In this document: piece by piece, positions 1 through 7,707 of the stretch
Layout of the letters: each line of letters starts with the position of its first letter
How positions within the stretch are numbered: position 1 is the first letter of the stretch
Assembly: GCA_964426185.1 (NCBI GenBank)
Contig: CAYRPF010000033.1
Span: forward strand, 13,383-26,834
DNA: 13,452 bases
Reading direction: 5' to 3'
Source of the DNA: an uncultured archaeon
Lineage (GTDB): Archaea > Asgardarchaeota > Lokiarchaeia > Sigyniarchaeales > Promethearchaeaceae
Position numbers and translations under genes: made by a program
The notes under the pieces: model-generated
Told to the model about the DNA's origin: nothing
What the model saw: only the letters and a program-made list of their open reading frames with translations
Database searches by the model: none

Positions 1-2
1 CT

Positions 3-359
3 CAAATTATTAAAGATGAAGATCGATGGGTACGCGAAATGGTTATAGAAGAATTAAATGTTACCGATTTAGAACCAAAAAACCCCATCAAAAATTCGAT
101 TGTTATCTTCTTTGCCTTTATTTTAGGAGCACTTTTTCCGGTGCTTCCATATCTAATCTTTCAAAGCATTCTTCCTTCCAATATGATTTTTTGGGTTGCA
201 ACAATAGTTACATTTGGAGGACTATTTTTAGCCGGTGCCATAAAGAAATTTGTTACTGGAGTAAATTGGGCGCGTTCAGGCATAGAAATGCTTCTGGTGG
301 GATTATTTGCCTATGGAATATCATATTTCTTGGGAAACTTAGTTGGAGCGGCAATTTAG
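3..359 (+). CDS. VIT1/CCC1 family Fe/Mn transporter, C-terminal part (5' end outside the window)
   Basis: Frame is open from position 3 (QIIKDEDRWVREMVIEEL...), so ATG 39 is internal. 'M..EEL......NPIKNSIVIFFAFILGALFPVLPY' followed by TM helices 'LFLAGAIK' and 'RSGIEMLLVGLFAYGISYFLG' is the typical VIT1/CCC1 C-terminal half. Confidence 0.85.
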   Translation, partial: QIIKDEDRWVREMVIEELNVTDLEPKNPIKNSIVIFFAFILGALFPVLPYLIFQSILPSNMIFWVATIVTFGGLFLAGAIKKFVTGVNWARSGIEMLLVGLFAYGISYFLGNLVGAAI

Positions 360-393
360 GACGAACTAACCATCATTATACATTGAAAATGAA

Positions 394-1041
394 TTATTGA
401 ACAAATTTTTTTATGGTTTTTACTTGGAAATCTTTATTTATTATGATTGAAACGTCAGATTTTAATTTTTGAACAGTTTTATGCTCTTGTTCAAGAACTT
501 TTAATCGGAAAGAATCGGACGTTTCTTTTTCTCGAATAACTTGGGCATTTTGGGTTTCTTCATAGGTCATGTCAATAAAAATTTTCACATCAGCATCAAC
601 TTTCAGTGCATAGAGCCCTTCTAAAATAATAATATCGACTTCTGCAAAATTGGTACGCAGAGAATCAACTTGATCAGTGAGAAGATCAACACATGGCATT
701 TCAGCGATTTGTTTTTCTTTAAATTTTAGAATTACTTCATTAATTTTATCCCAATTATATTCACCAAGACCAATTTCTTGAATAGAGTGCTCTTTGCGCC
801 ATTTGGTGCGTATTTTGGGATGAATTATGTAAAAATCATCAGTGTGAATTATTTTGGCATAAATTTTTTGCTTTTTCAAGTATTTGGACATCATATGTGA
901 TACAACGCTTTTTCCAGTGCCAGATTCTCCCCCTATGGCAATAATAATTCTAGGACCAATTTTTTCCAGTTTTAAAAGATCGAGAATCTCCCTTGCAACA
1001 CGTTTGTGTTTTTCGTGAATAATTAGAATATCTTCCAACAT
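394..1041 (-). CDS. Uridine kinase/PRK-fold P-loop kinase, substrate unknown (candidate sugar kinase)
   Basis: Walker A 'IIAIGGESGTGKS', 'IIHTDDFY', 'YNWDKI', Walker B-like 'IIILEGLYAL', 'DVKIFID'. This is the motif order of the uridine kinase/phosphoribulokinase family. Last gene of the co-oriented sugar cluster. Confidence 0.8.
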   Translation of the reverse strand: MLEDILIIHEKHKRVAREILDLLKLEKIGPRIIIAIGGESGTGKSVVSHMMSKYLKKQKIYAKIIHTDDFYIIHPKIRTKWRKEHSIQEIGLGEYNWDKINEVILKFKEKQIAEMPCVDLLTDQVDSLRTNFAEVDIIILEGLYALKVDADVKIFIDMTYEETQNAQVIREKETSDSFRLKVLEQEHKTVQKLKSDVSIIINKDFQVKTIKKFVQ

Positions 1042-1080
1042 TTGCTTTCATCAAGTTTTTTTTAATTTCAATTTTTATTT

Positions 1081-1116
1081 TTCGTTTTAAGGTTCGTTCT
1101 AAGTTTCGTTTCATTT
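1081..1116. repeat. Three imperfect 12-bp direct repeats (TTCGTTTTAAGG / TTCGTTCTAAGT / TTCGTTTCATTT)
   Basis: Read directly: invariant TTCGTT at 1081, 1093 and 1105 in the 96-bp spacer between the GH65 fusion stop and the kinase start. Confidence 0.65.
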
Positions 1117-1137
1117 CTAATTGTTTGTATATAATTC

Positions 1138-4100
1138 TTATAACTCAATTTCAGTCCATTTCTGATTTGATACTTCTATTTTTTGATGATTTATTTCGAT
1201 CATAAGAAATTTCTGATTAATCTGTGGCATATTAATGCGTATTTTCACCATTAAATTACTAACTATAAAAGTAAAAGTAGTTCCTTGACAAACTGCATTA
1301 AATTGAACTTGTTCAATATTGTTTGGCAAATTTGGGCGACAAAAGATCTGATCTTGAATTAACTGAAACCCGCAATATGATCTAATTAATTCTGTAACTG
1401 TAGCGGCCATAACTCCTGTGTGAATTCCTTCTTTTGTTGTGCCCCCTTGAATATCGAAAATATCACTCCCTAGTGCTTCTTGAAATAGATTCCAACTTAA
1501 AATTTTTTTATCACGCTGCTTTTTTCGGTCAAATTGGCCGATTTGATTAGCAAGGTTTGAAAATACAATTTTACTAAGTGTGGAACCGTGAGAAGTGCGA
1601 GAGAAATAATATTCGAAATTCTTTACTAAGATATCTTCGTAAGAGGGAAAGCCTAAATCAATTAGCAAATCCTTAATTTTTCTCTTGTTAAGAAGAAAGA
1701 AGACCATTAATACATCCGGTTGCTTTGAAACTTTGAAAAAATCAGTAGACGAACCCTCAGCTTTCAAGATTCTATCAAGTCGAGAAATATCCCTATATTT
1801 TTCCTTATATTTATCCCAGTCAAGTTCCTTAAGGTGAAAATATCCTTCAAATTGCTCAATTATCCCTTCTTCATTGATTGAAAGAGAAAGATTACGGGAT
1901 ATTATCCCCCATATTTGAAGATCATCATCCATTATATTAAGATGAGAAATTAGTATTCTCTTATCGTTTTTATTTAGAGATTCGATGAAAGATTTGGCTC
2001 GATCTAATAGCCAACTAACCATTATATTAGTATAAAAATTGTTTTTTAAGCCAATGTCTTGTGATTCAGGAAATTTTTCATGAAATTCATCAGGTCCCAT
2101 TACTTTTGAAATATCATATTTTTGAGTTTTCTCGTTGAATTTTGCTGCACTAACCCAAAACTTGACAATTTCAAAGAATATTTCAGCTCCATAATTCAAG
2201 AAAAAATCGTAATCTGAGGTAATTTCGAAATATCTCCAGATATTAAATGCAATCGCTAAAGAAACATGTTTTTGTAAGTAACTAAAATCCGGATCCCATT
2301 TACCCGATTTGGGATTAAAATGGAATTTCTGGGTTGTTTCAGCACCATTGCTAGCACTTTGCCAAGGAAACATTGCTCCTCTATAATTATAGGTTTGTGC
2401 ATTTTTCTTTGCATTAGGAAGACAATAATAACGATATAGAAGCAGAGAACGGCTTATTTCTGGGAAAAACAAATTGTAAAATGGAATAATGAAAATTTCA
2501 TCCCAAAAGATATGCCCATGATATGATTCTCCTGTTAGACCTCTTGCAGGAATCCCAAAATTGAAATTTGAGCTAATTAATGAAGATGTTGAAAGTAGAT
2601 GATAAGAATGCAAGCGAAGGGCTTGTTGTACAAATCGATCTCCCTTTATTTGAAGATTTATTTGATTCCAATAATAATTCCATTGATTTATATGTGAATT
2701 TAAAAGTTCAGAATAAGATTTTACTGAATTTAGGGTCTTTTTTGCTTGTTTTAAAGGATCTACTGAATCATAAGATTGGTTTGTAAAGAAAACTACGGTT
2801 TTATTGACAGTTAATGTATCATTTTCATTTAAATTACAAGAAAATTCAGAATCGATGTGTAATTTCTCTGGTTTATGGTTCCATTTTACTTCAATTCTTT
2901 GTGAATTTATAGTAACATCTAATTTTGCTATTTCAACAACAAGGATATTGGAATTATTTGTTTTAACACTTAAAAGACTCCAATCATCACCGCCCTTCAC
3001 ATTTATGGCGGTTAAATGTTGATTTTGGAAAGATTTATATCGCTCAACTCCTTCATTTCTAACATTTCCATCTAATCTTGATTTGATAAGGAAACGATCC
3101 GAATAATTCAGAGGTTTTATTGAATAGGTCAATGTTCCTATATGAGGATTATCCGCACTTGCGAATATTTCTGTGTGAATGTAAGTTTTTTCTCCCGTAT
3201 TTTCTTCAATAATTAAATCTCGATAACTAACACCTCGTTTTAAATCGATACCACGTGAATACTCACATATTCTATTTTTTTGGCTAAATGTATAAGAATT
3301 TAAATCAAAATATTCTTTTTTGTGATGTTTGAATGTCAGAAAGAGCCAATTCGGGAGATTAACGAGATCTTCATTTGAAATCACTTTTCCTTCAATTATT
3401 GAATCAAGGTGGTTATATACACCAGCGATGTAAGTTCCTGGATAACTATATTTAGATGAAGTATTTTCTACATTGATTCCTCGTGAACCAAAATATCCAT
3501 TACCTACTGCAAAAAGAGATTCATATGTGCGTTCATTTTCAGGAGTGTATTGGTTAATTTCGTATTTCCACAGTTTTTTGGGCAATTCAATTGTAAACCA
3601 ATGTTCAATAAATTGTATATCAATTTCTTTTAAATCGGAAACAACTATATCTGCCCCATTTTCTTTTAATATTTGGTGATTTTGAGCGCGTGCAATGCCA
3701 ATAATTAAACCAAAACGGCCATTTCTTCCAGCTTGAACTCCCGAAACCGCATCTTCAACCACCGCTGCTTGAAAATACGGCACTTTCAGATTTTCACAAG
3801 CTTTGAGGAAAATATCTGGTGCAGGTTTCCCTTTTAGATTCTGCTCCACAACAGTGATTCCATCGACTCGAGTATCAAATAAATGGGATATGTTGGCGAC
3901 TTCTAATACGTGCTTACAATTCTTACTGGAAGAAGCAACACCAACTTTGATACCATTTTGACGTAGATCTTGGATCAAATGAATGGTACTGGAAAAAAGA
4001 GTTACACCTTGTTCATTTAATAATTGATTGATTAAACTATTTTTTCGATTTCCTAATCCACAAACGGTTTCTTTATCATCAGAATCATCCGGATTTCCAT

Positions 4101-4347
4101 AAGGAATTTCAATATTCCGAGATTTTAAAAAAGATTGAACACCTTCATATCGAGGTTTACCATCAACAAAAGATAAATAGTCCTTTTCATAAGTAAATTC
4201 TCTAAAGGGTTCACCATATATAGATTCACGATCTTTTAGATATTCATCAAACATTTTCTTCCAAGCATTACTGTGTAATCCAGCAGTTTGAGTAATTACC
4301 CCATCAAGATCGAATATTACAGCTTTAAATGAATATATTGCTCCCAC
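1138..4347 (-). CDS. Fusion protein: N-terminal HAD beta-phosphoglucomutase-family domain + GH65 phosphorylase (trehalose-6-phosphate phosphorylase-like)
   Basis: HAD motifs I-IV: 'FDLDGVITQT', 'ASSSKN', 'KGKPAPDIF', 'EDAVSGVQAG' (~aa 1-245). GH65 motifs: 'ESLFAVGNGYFGSRG', 'RGLTGESYHGHIFWDE', 'GAMFPWQS', catalytic 'VMGPDEFHE', 'KQPD', 'RTSHGSTLS'. 'NEDLVN', 'VERY', 'RLDRILKAEG' and 'DIQGGTT.EG.H.GVM' match what I recall of the Lactococcus TrePP/mycobacterial OtsB1 subgroup. Start is GTG 4347 or ATA 4338. Confidence 0.93.
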   Translation of the reverse strand: MGAIYSFKAVIFDLDGVITQTAGLHSNAWKKMFDEYLKDRESIYGEPFREFTYEKDYLSFVDGKPRYEGVQSFLKSRNIEIPYGNPDDSDDKETVCGLGNRKNSLINQLLNEQGVTLFSSTIHLIQDLRQNGIKVGVASSSKNCKHVLEVANISHLFDTRVDGITVVEQNLKGKPAPDIFLKACENLKVPYFQAAVVEDAVSGVQAGRNGRFGLIIGIARAQNHQILKENGADIVVSDLKEIDIQFIEHWFTIELPKKLWKYEINQYTPENERTYESLFAVGNGYFGSRGINVENTSSKYSYPGTYIAGVYNHLDSIIEGKVISNEDLVNLPNWLFLTFKHHKKEYFDLNSYTFSQKNRICEYSRGIDLKRGVSYRDLIIEENTGEKTYIHTEIFASADNPHIGTLTYSIKPLNYSDRFLIKSRLDGNVRNEGVERYKSFQNQHLTAINVKGGDDWSLLSVKTNNSNILVVEIAKLDVTINSQRIEVKWNHKPEKLHIDSEFSCNLNENDTLTVNKTVVFFTNQSYDSVDPLKQAKKTLNSVKSYSELLNSHINQWNYYWNQINLQIKGDRFVQQALRLHSYHLLSTSSLISSNFNFGIPARGLTGESYHGHIFWDEIFIIPFYNLFFPEISRSLLLYRYYCLPNAKKNAQTYNYRGAMFPWQSASNGAETTQKFHFNPKSGKWDPDFSYLQKHVSLAIAFNIWRYFEITSDYDFFLNYGAEIFFEIVKFWVSAAKFNEKTQKYDISKVMGPDEFHEKFPESQDIGLKNNFYTNIMVSWLLDRAKSFIESLNKNDKRILISHLNIMDDDLQIWGIISRNLSLSINEEGIIEQFEGYFHLKELDWDKYKEKYRDISRLDRILKAEGSSTDFFKVSKQPDVLMVFFLLNKRKIKDLLIDLGFPSYEDILVKNFEYYFSRTSHGSTLSKIVFSNLANQIGQFDRKKQRDKKILSWNLFQEALGSDIFDIQGGTTKEGIHTGVMAATVTELIRSYCGFQLIQDQIFCRPNLPNNIEQVQFNAVCQGTTFTFIVSNLMVKIRINMPQINQKFLMIEINHQKIEVSNQKWTEIEL

Positions 4348-4350
4348 CTC
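4345..4350 (-). promoter_or_regulatory. Shine-Dalgarno-like GAGGTG upstream of the HAD-GH65 gene
   Basis: Minus strand reads TGATGAGGTGGGAGCAATATAT; archaeal-type GGTG core that contains the GTG called as start by the ORF track. Confidence 0.5.
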
Positions 4351-4395
4351 ATCATAGAAAAAAGATTTTTTTATTTCAAAAAAAAATTCATTGTT

Positions 4396-5517
4396 TTATG
4401 AATCGATTTTTTTTTGAACAGGAATTTCATGAAGCAAATTTAATTCACTTTCGCTATCAAAAATATGTATTTTTTCTAACGGAAAAGAAACGTATGCTTT
4501 TTCTCCCATTTTACCCGAATAATATCCATTAGCTACAGCCATAGCCGAAGTTTTATCTGGAAATTCAAATGAAACTAAAGTATTTGCCCCTAAGTACTCA
4601 ACAACTGAGATTTTCACTTCAAGTGAATTATCAAATCTTTCAGGTTGAATAATTATATGTTCAGGTCTAATTCCAAGTTTAACATTGTTGAATTCCTTCT
4701 TTTGAAGTTTTTGAATAACTTCATTATCTAAATCAATCTGATTCTCACCAAATATAATTTGAGATGCCCCTAAGTCAATTTTACAGTCGATGAAATTCAT
4801 GGTGGGAGATCCGATGAATCCTGCAACAAAAATATTTCGAGGAAAGTTATAAACTTCATGAGGTGTTCCAACTTGTTGGATATTTCCTGCATTTAGAATG
4901 GTAATACGATCCGCCATTGACATTGCTTCAACTTGATCATGAGTGACATAAATCAAGGTTGTTTGTAATCGTTTTTGCAGTTTTATGATTTCAGCACGCA
5001 TTTGTGTCCTAAGTTTTGCATCTAAATTACTGAGTGGCTCATCAAACAAGAACACAGTAGGATTTCTTACGATACAACGCCCTAAAGCAACTCTTTGCCT
5101 CTGTCCACCACTCAATTCTTTTGGTTTTCTGTCCAATAAATGACTAATATTCAAAATTTCGGCAGCTTTTTGCACGCGTTTTTCGATTTCATCAGCAGGT
5201 ATTTTAGCTAACTGTAATGCAAAACTCATGTTTTTTTTAACGTTCATATGAGGATAAAGGGCATATGATTGGAAAACCATCGCTAATTTCCGCTCTTTAG
5301 GAGGTAAATCGTTCACACAAATATCACCAAAATAAATTTCCCCAGACGTCACCATTTCTAAACCTGCAATTAAATTTAGACAAGTCGATTTTCCACACCC
5401 AGAAGGGCCTACCAATACCATAAATTCTTTATCTCTTATCGTTAAATCAATATCCTTTAAGACATGAACGTTTGGTTTGAAAATTTTATTTACTTTTTTT
5501 AATTCAATTTGAACCAT
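4396..5517 (-). CDS. malK: Carbohydrate ABC transporter ATP-binding subunit (MalK/SugC/MsmK family)
   Basis: Walker A GPSGCGKST, Q-loop 'MVFQSYALYPHM', signature LSGGQRQ, Walker B 'FLFDEPLSNLDAKLR', H-loop 'VTHDQVEAM', 'FVAGFIGSP', C-terminal regulatory domain 'LGIRPEH'. Start moved to ATG 5517 because GTG 5529 lies inside the SD AAGGTGA (5526-5532). Confidence 0.95.
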   Translation of the reverse strand: MVQIELKKVNKIFKPNVHVLKDIDLTIRDKEFMVLVGPSGCGKSTCLNLIAGLEMVTSGEIYFGDICVNDLPPKERKLAMVFQSYALYPHMNVKKNMSFALQLAKIPADEIEKRVQKAAEILNISHLLDRKPKELSGGQRQRVALGRCIVRNPTVFLFDEPLSNLDAKLRTQMRAEIIKLQKRLQTTLIYVTHDQVEAMSMADRITILNAGNIQQVGTPHEVYNFPRNIFVAGFIGSPTMNFIDCKIDLGASQIIFGENQIDLDNEVIQKLQKKEFNNVKLGIRPEHIIIQPERFDNSLEVKISVVEYLGANTLVSFEFPDKTSAMAVANGYYSGKMGEKAYVSFPLEKIHIFDSESELNLLHEIPVQKKIDS

Positions 5518-5538
5518 TTCATTTTTCACCTTTTTAGA

Positions 5539-7635
5539 TTAACCTTTTACAGCACCGCTTGTAATTCCCTTGATGATTTGTTTTTGGAATATTAAAACGA
5601 TAATTACTAATGGAACTGTTGCTAAAGAAGTTGCAGCCATTAAAGCAATATCTGTATCCCAATCTGCAGAAAGGCTTAAGGGACTTTGCACAAATCGTAA
5701 TATCGCCCTTGGAACGGTATGATTAACATCACTTACAAGCCATATCTGTGCAAACAATAATTCATTCCAAGCATTGATAAAAACTAAAATGAAGCAAGTA
5801 AACAACCCCGGAATGACCAAAGGAGCAATTACTTTGTAAAAAACTTGCAAATTTGAAGCACCATCAACTTTTGCCGCCTTCCATAAATCTTCGGGAATCT
5901 CTTGAAAAAAAGAACGAAGAACAAAAGTAGCTAGAGGTAGATTAAAAGCTGTGTAAGGTAGAAGTAAACCGAGAAGATTGTCAGTTAGATCCATAAAAGG
6001 AAGAATTTCTGCGATCGCTTTGATTTGAATAAAATAAGGTATGATAATAATTAATGGTGGGAGTGAAGTCATTGTAAAAATGATAAAAGTTGAAATATTT
6101 TTACCAGGAAATTTGAATTTTGCTAAAGCATAACCTGTAAAAGCTCCTATAATTAGGACTATTACACCAGTAGAACTGGAAAGAATAAATCCATTCAACA
6201 AAGCTCTCCCAAAACTGACTCCTGTAAAACCAGACGTTTCAAAAACAACCTTAAACGCTTTGATTGATGGATATTTAGGAAAGAATTCGAATGAATTTTG
6301 AGGAATATATGGATCTCTAAAAGAACGCCCGACAATCCAAATAAAGGGGGCTGCACAAAATAACATCATTAAAAAAATGGCAATGCGAAACTCCCAGCGC
6401 TCAATTATCCTACGTCTTTTATATTTTTTAATAGTTCCCTTCTTGAGAGAGATACTGGTTATCAAGTTTTCATCTATCTTAGAAGATAATTCACTATTTT
6501 TCGCTTTAGAAGCATTTTTATTCTGAAATTTTATCGATTTTTTAATTTTGTTTAAAAATTTATTACTCTTTTGATTGGATGACACATTGGGTAAATTAGA
6601 CTTTTTTCTCATTCGCTTATGTTTTCTATTATCTTTATCCTTTGAAGCCCACTTAAATATAATTAAGGCAAATATACCAATTAAAACAAACTCTAAAACT
6701 GCCACTGCTGAGGCCATTCCAAAATCTTGAGTTTTCGACCAGAAATTTACGGCTTGATATGTCATCGAATAAACACTGGTATCTCGAAAAACAACTATTG
6801 CATCATAAACCCGAATAGCATCCATCATTCTGAAAACTAACGCAATACCTACTCCGGGTTTAATTAACGGCCAAGTAATTCTCCAAAATGTTTGCCATTT
6901 ACTAGCCCCCGCAATGGATGCTGCTTTATAGAGATCGTCCGGAACAATTTGTAGGGCAGCTAGAATTAATAAACTGAAATATGGAGTTGTTTTCCATACA
7001 TCAATGAAAATTGAACAAAGCATTGTAAAAGTTATTTGTACATCTAAAAGATAGGGTGCATATAGAACAGGAAGGGATAATGTGAATAAAGTTTGAACAT
7101 CTGCTCCGAAAAAGGCGATTTCGCGTCCACCCAATACATTAATAACAGAATTAAACACTCCATAATCACTAAGAGGTGCAAAAAATTCATAACGAAATAT
7201 AGTTGCTGATGCAACTGTTGGTAAAGCCCAAGGGATCAATAAAGTTGCTCGTGCTAAACCTCGGCCCCTAAAATTTTTATTTAGTAAAAGAGCAAAAGCT
7301 AATCCTAAAAACAATTCAAGGAAGACGGCTACAACAGAGAAAAATAAAGTTTGATAGGTATATTGCCAGAAATATTTTGTATTGCGCCCTCCATAAAAGA
7401 GAAGCTCAAAATAATTCAAAATTGAAATTTTTGTTCCAAAATATCCCGTAGTAGCAGAACTATCTGTGAAACTAATGAAAATTCCAACTATAAGTGGAAA
7501 AAAGATTCCAAATAAAAATACGATTACGGCAGGAATTAAGATTTTTAAAGCAAATCTGGTATCTTTTCCATACCGAGTTTTCATTTTCTCTTTTATTAGC
7601 AAAGATTGTGGTTTTACAACAGAGACTTCTGCCAT
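5539..7635 (-). CDS. Fused carbohydrate ABC permease (MalF/SugA-like + MalG/SugB-like in one polypeptide)
   Basis: Two complete TM modules, each with an EAA-type loop: 'DDLYKAASIAGASKWQTFWRITWP' and 'EDLWKAAKVDGASNLQVFYKVIAP'. N-half has 'LLIPWALPTV' and 'DVWKTTP'; C-half has 'FINAWNELL' and ends 'KGITSGAVKG'. SD-like GGGAAGGA at 7642-7649. Confidence 0.93.
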   Translation of the reverse strand: MAEVSVVKPQSLLIKEKMKTRYGKDTRFALKILIPAVIVFLFGIFFPLIVGIFISFTDSSATTGYFGTKISILNYFELLFYGGRNTKYFWQYTYQTLFFSVVAVFLELFLGLAFALLLNKNFRGRGLARATLLIPWALPTVASATIFRYEFFAPLSDYGVFNSVINVLGGREIAFFGADVQTLFTLSLPVLYAPYLLDVQITFTMLCSIFIDVWKTTPYFSLLILAALQIVPDDLYKAASIAGASKWQTFWRITWPLIKPGVGIALVFRMMDAIRVYDAIVVFRDTSVYSMTYQAVNFWSKTQDFGMASAVAVLEFVLIGIFALIIFKWASKDKDNRKHKRMRKKSNLPNVSSNQKSNKFLNKIKKSIKFQNKNASKAKNSELSSKIDENLITSISLKKGTIKKYKRRRIIERWEFRIAIFLMMLFCAAPFIWIVGRSFRDPYIPQNSFEFFPKYPSIKAFKVVFETSGFTGVSFGRALLNGFILSSSTGVIVLIIGAFTGYALAKFKFPGKNISTFIIFTMTSLPPLIIIIPYFIQIKAIAEILPFMDLTDNLLGLLLPYTAFNLPLATFVLRSFFQEIPEDLWKAAKVDGASNLQVFYKVIAPLVIPGLFTCFILVFINAWNELLFAQIWLVSDVNHTVPRAILRFVQSPLSLSADWDTDIALMAATSLATVPLVIIVLIFQKQIIKGITSGAVKG

Positions 7636-7662
7636 GATTTTTCCTTCCCATTTGGTGAAATT

Positions 7663-7685
7663 AAAAAAAAATGAAAAATAAAAAA
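7663..7685 (-). terminator. Oligo-T tracts (T6, T5, T9 on the coding strand) after the solute-binding protein gene; putative partial terminator
   Basis: Plus strand A-runs at 7663-7671, 7674-7678 and 7680-7685. Oligo-U tracts are the known archaeal termination signal. Confidence 0.45.
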
Positions 7686-7707
7686 CTAACAGATAAATAA
7701 ATGTATA

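Noticed and set aside
26-400. 124-aa plus-strand ORF
   Set aside because: Alternative frame over the VIT1/CCC1 gene; Cys/Arg/Ser-rich with no recognisable motif.
394-1041. Assigning the symbol udk
   Set aside because: Fold matches but the lid motif differs and the context is carbohydrate metabolism.
1056-1063. A8 run (minus strand) as a frameshift site fusing the upstream small ORF to the kinase
   Set aside because: The kinase frame has TGA TGA stops between the run and its ATG, so no shift here can extend the kinase.
1081-1116. Repeats as a CRISPR remnant
   Set aside because: Units are 12 bp, directly adjacent, with no spacers and no cas genes.
2580-3679. Three short plus-strand ORFs (2580-2786, 2804-3022, 3473-3679)
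   Set aside because: Antisense shadows within the well-supported HAD-GH65 gene; no motifs or SD.
4329-4532. 67-aa plus-strand ORF
   Set aside because: Antisense across the ATPase end and an A/T-run spacer; Phe/Lys-rich composition reflects homopolymers.
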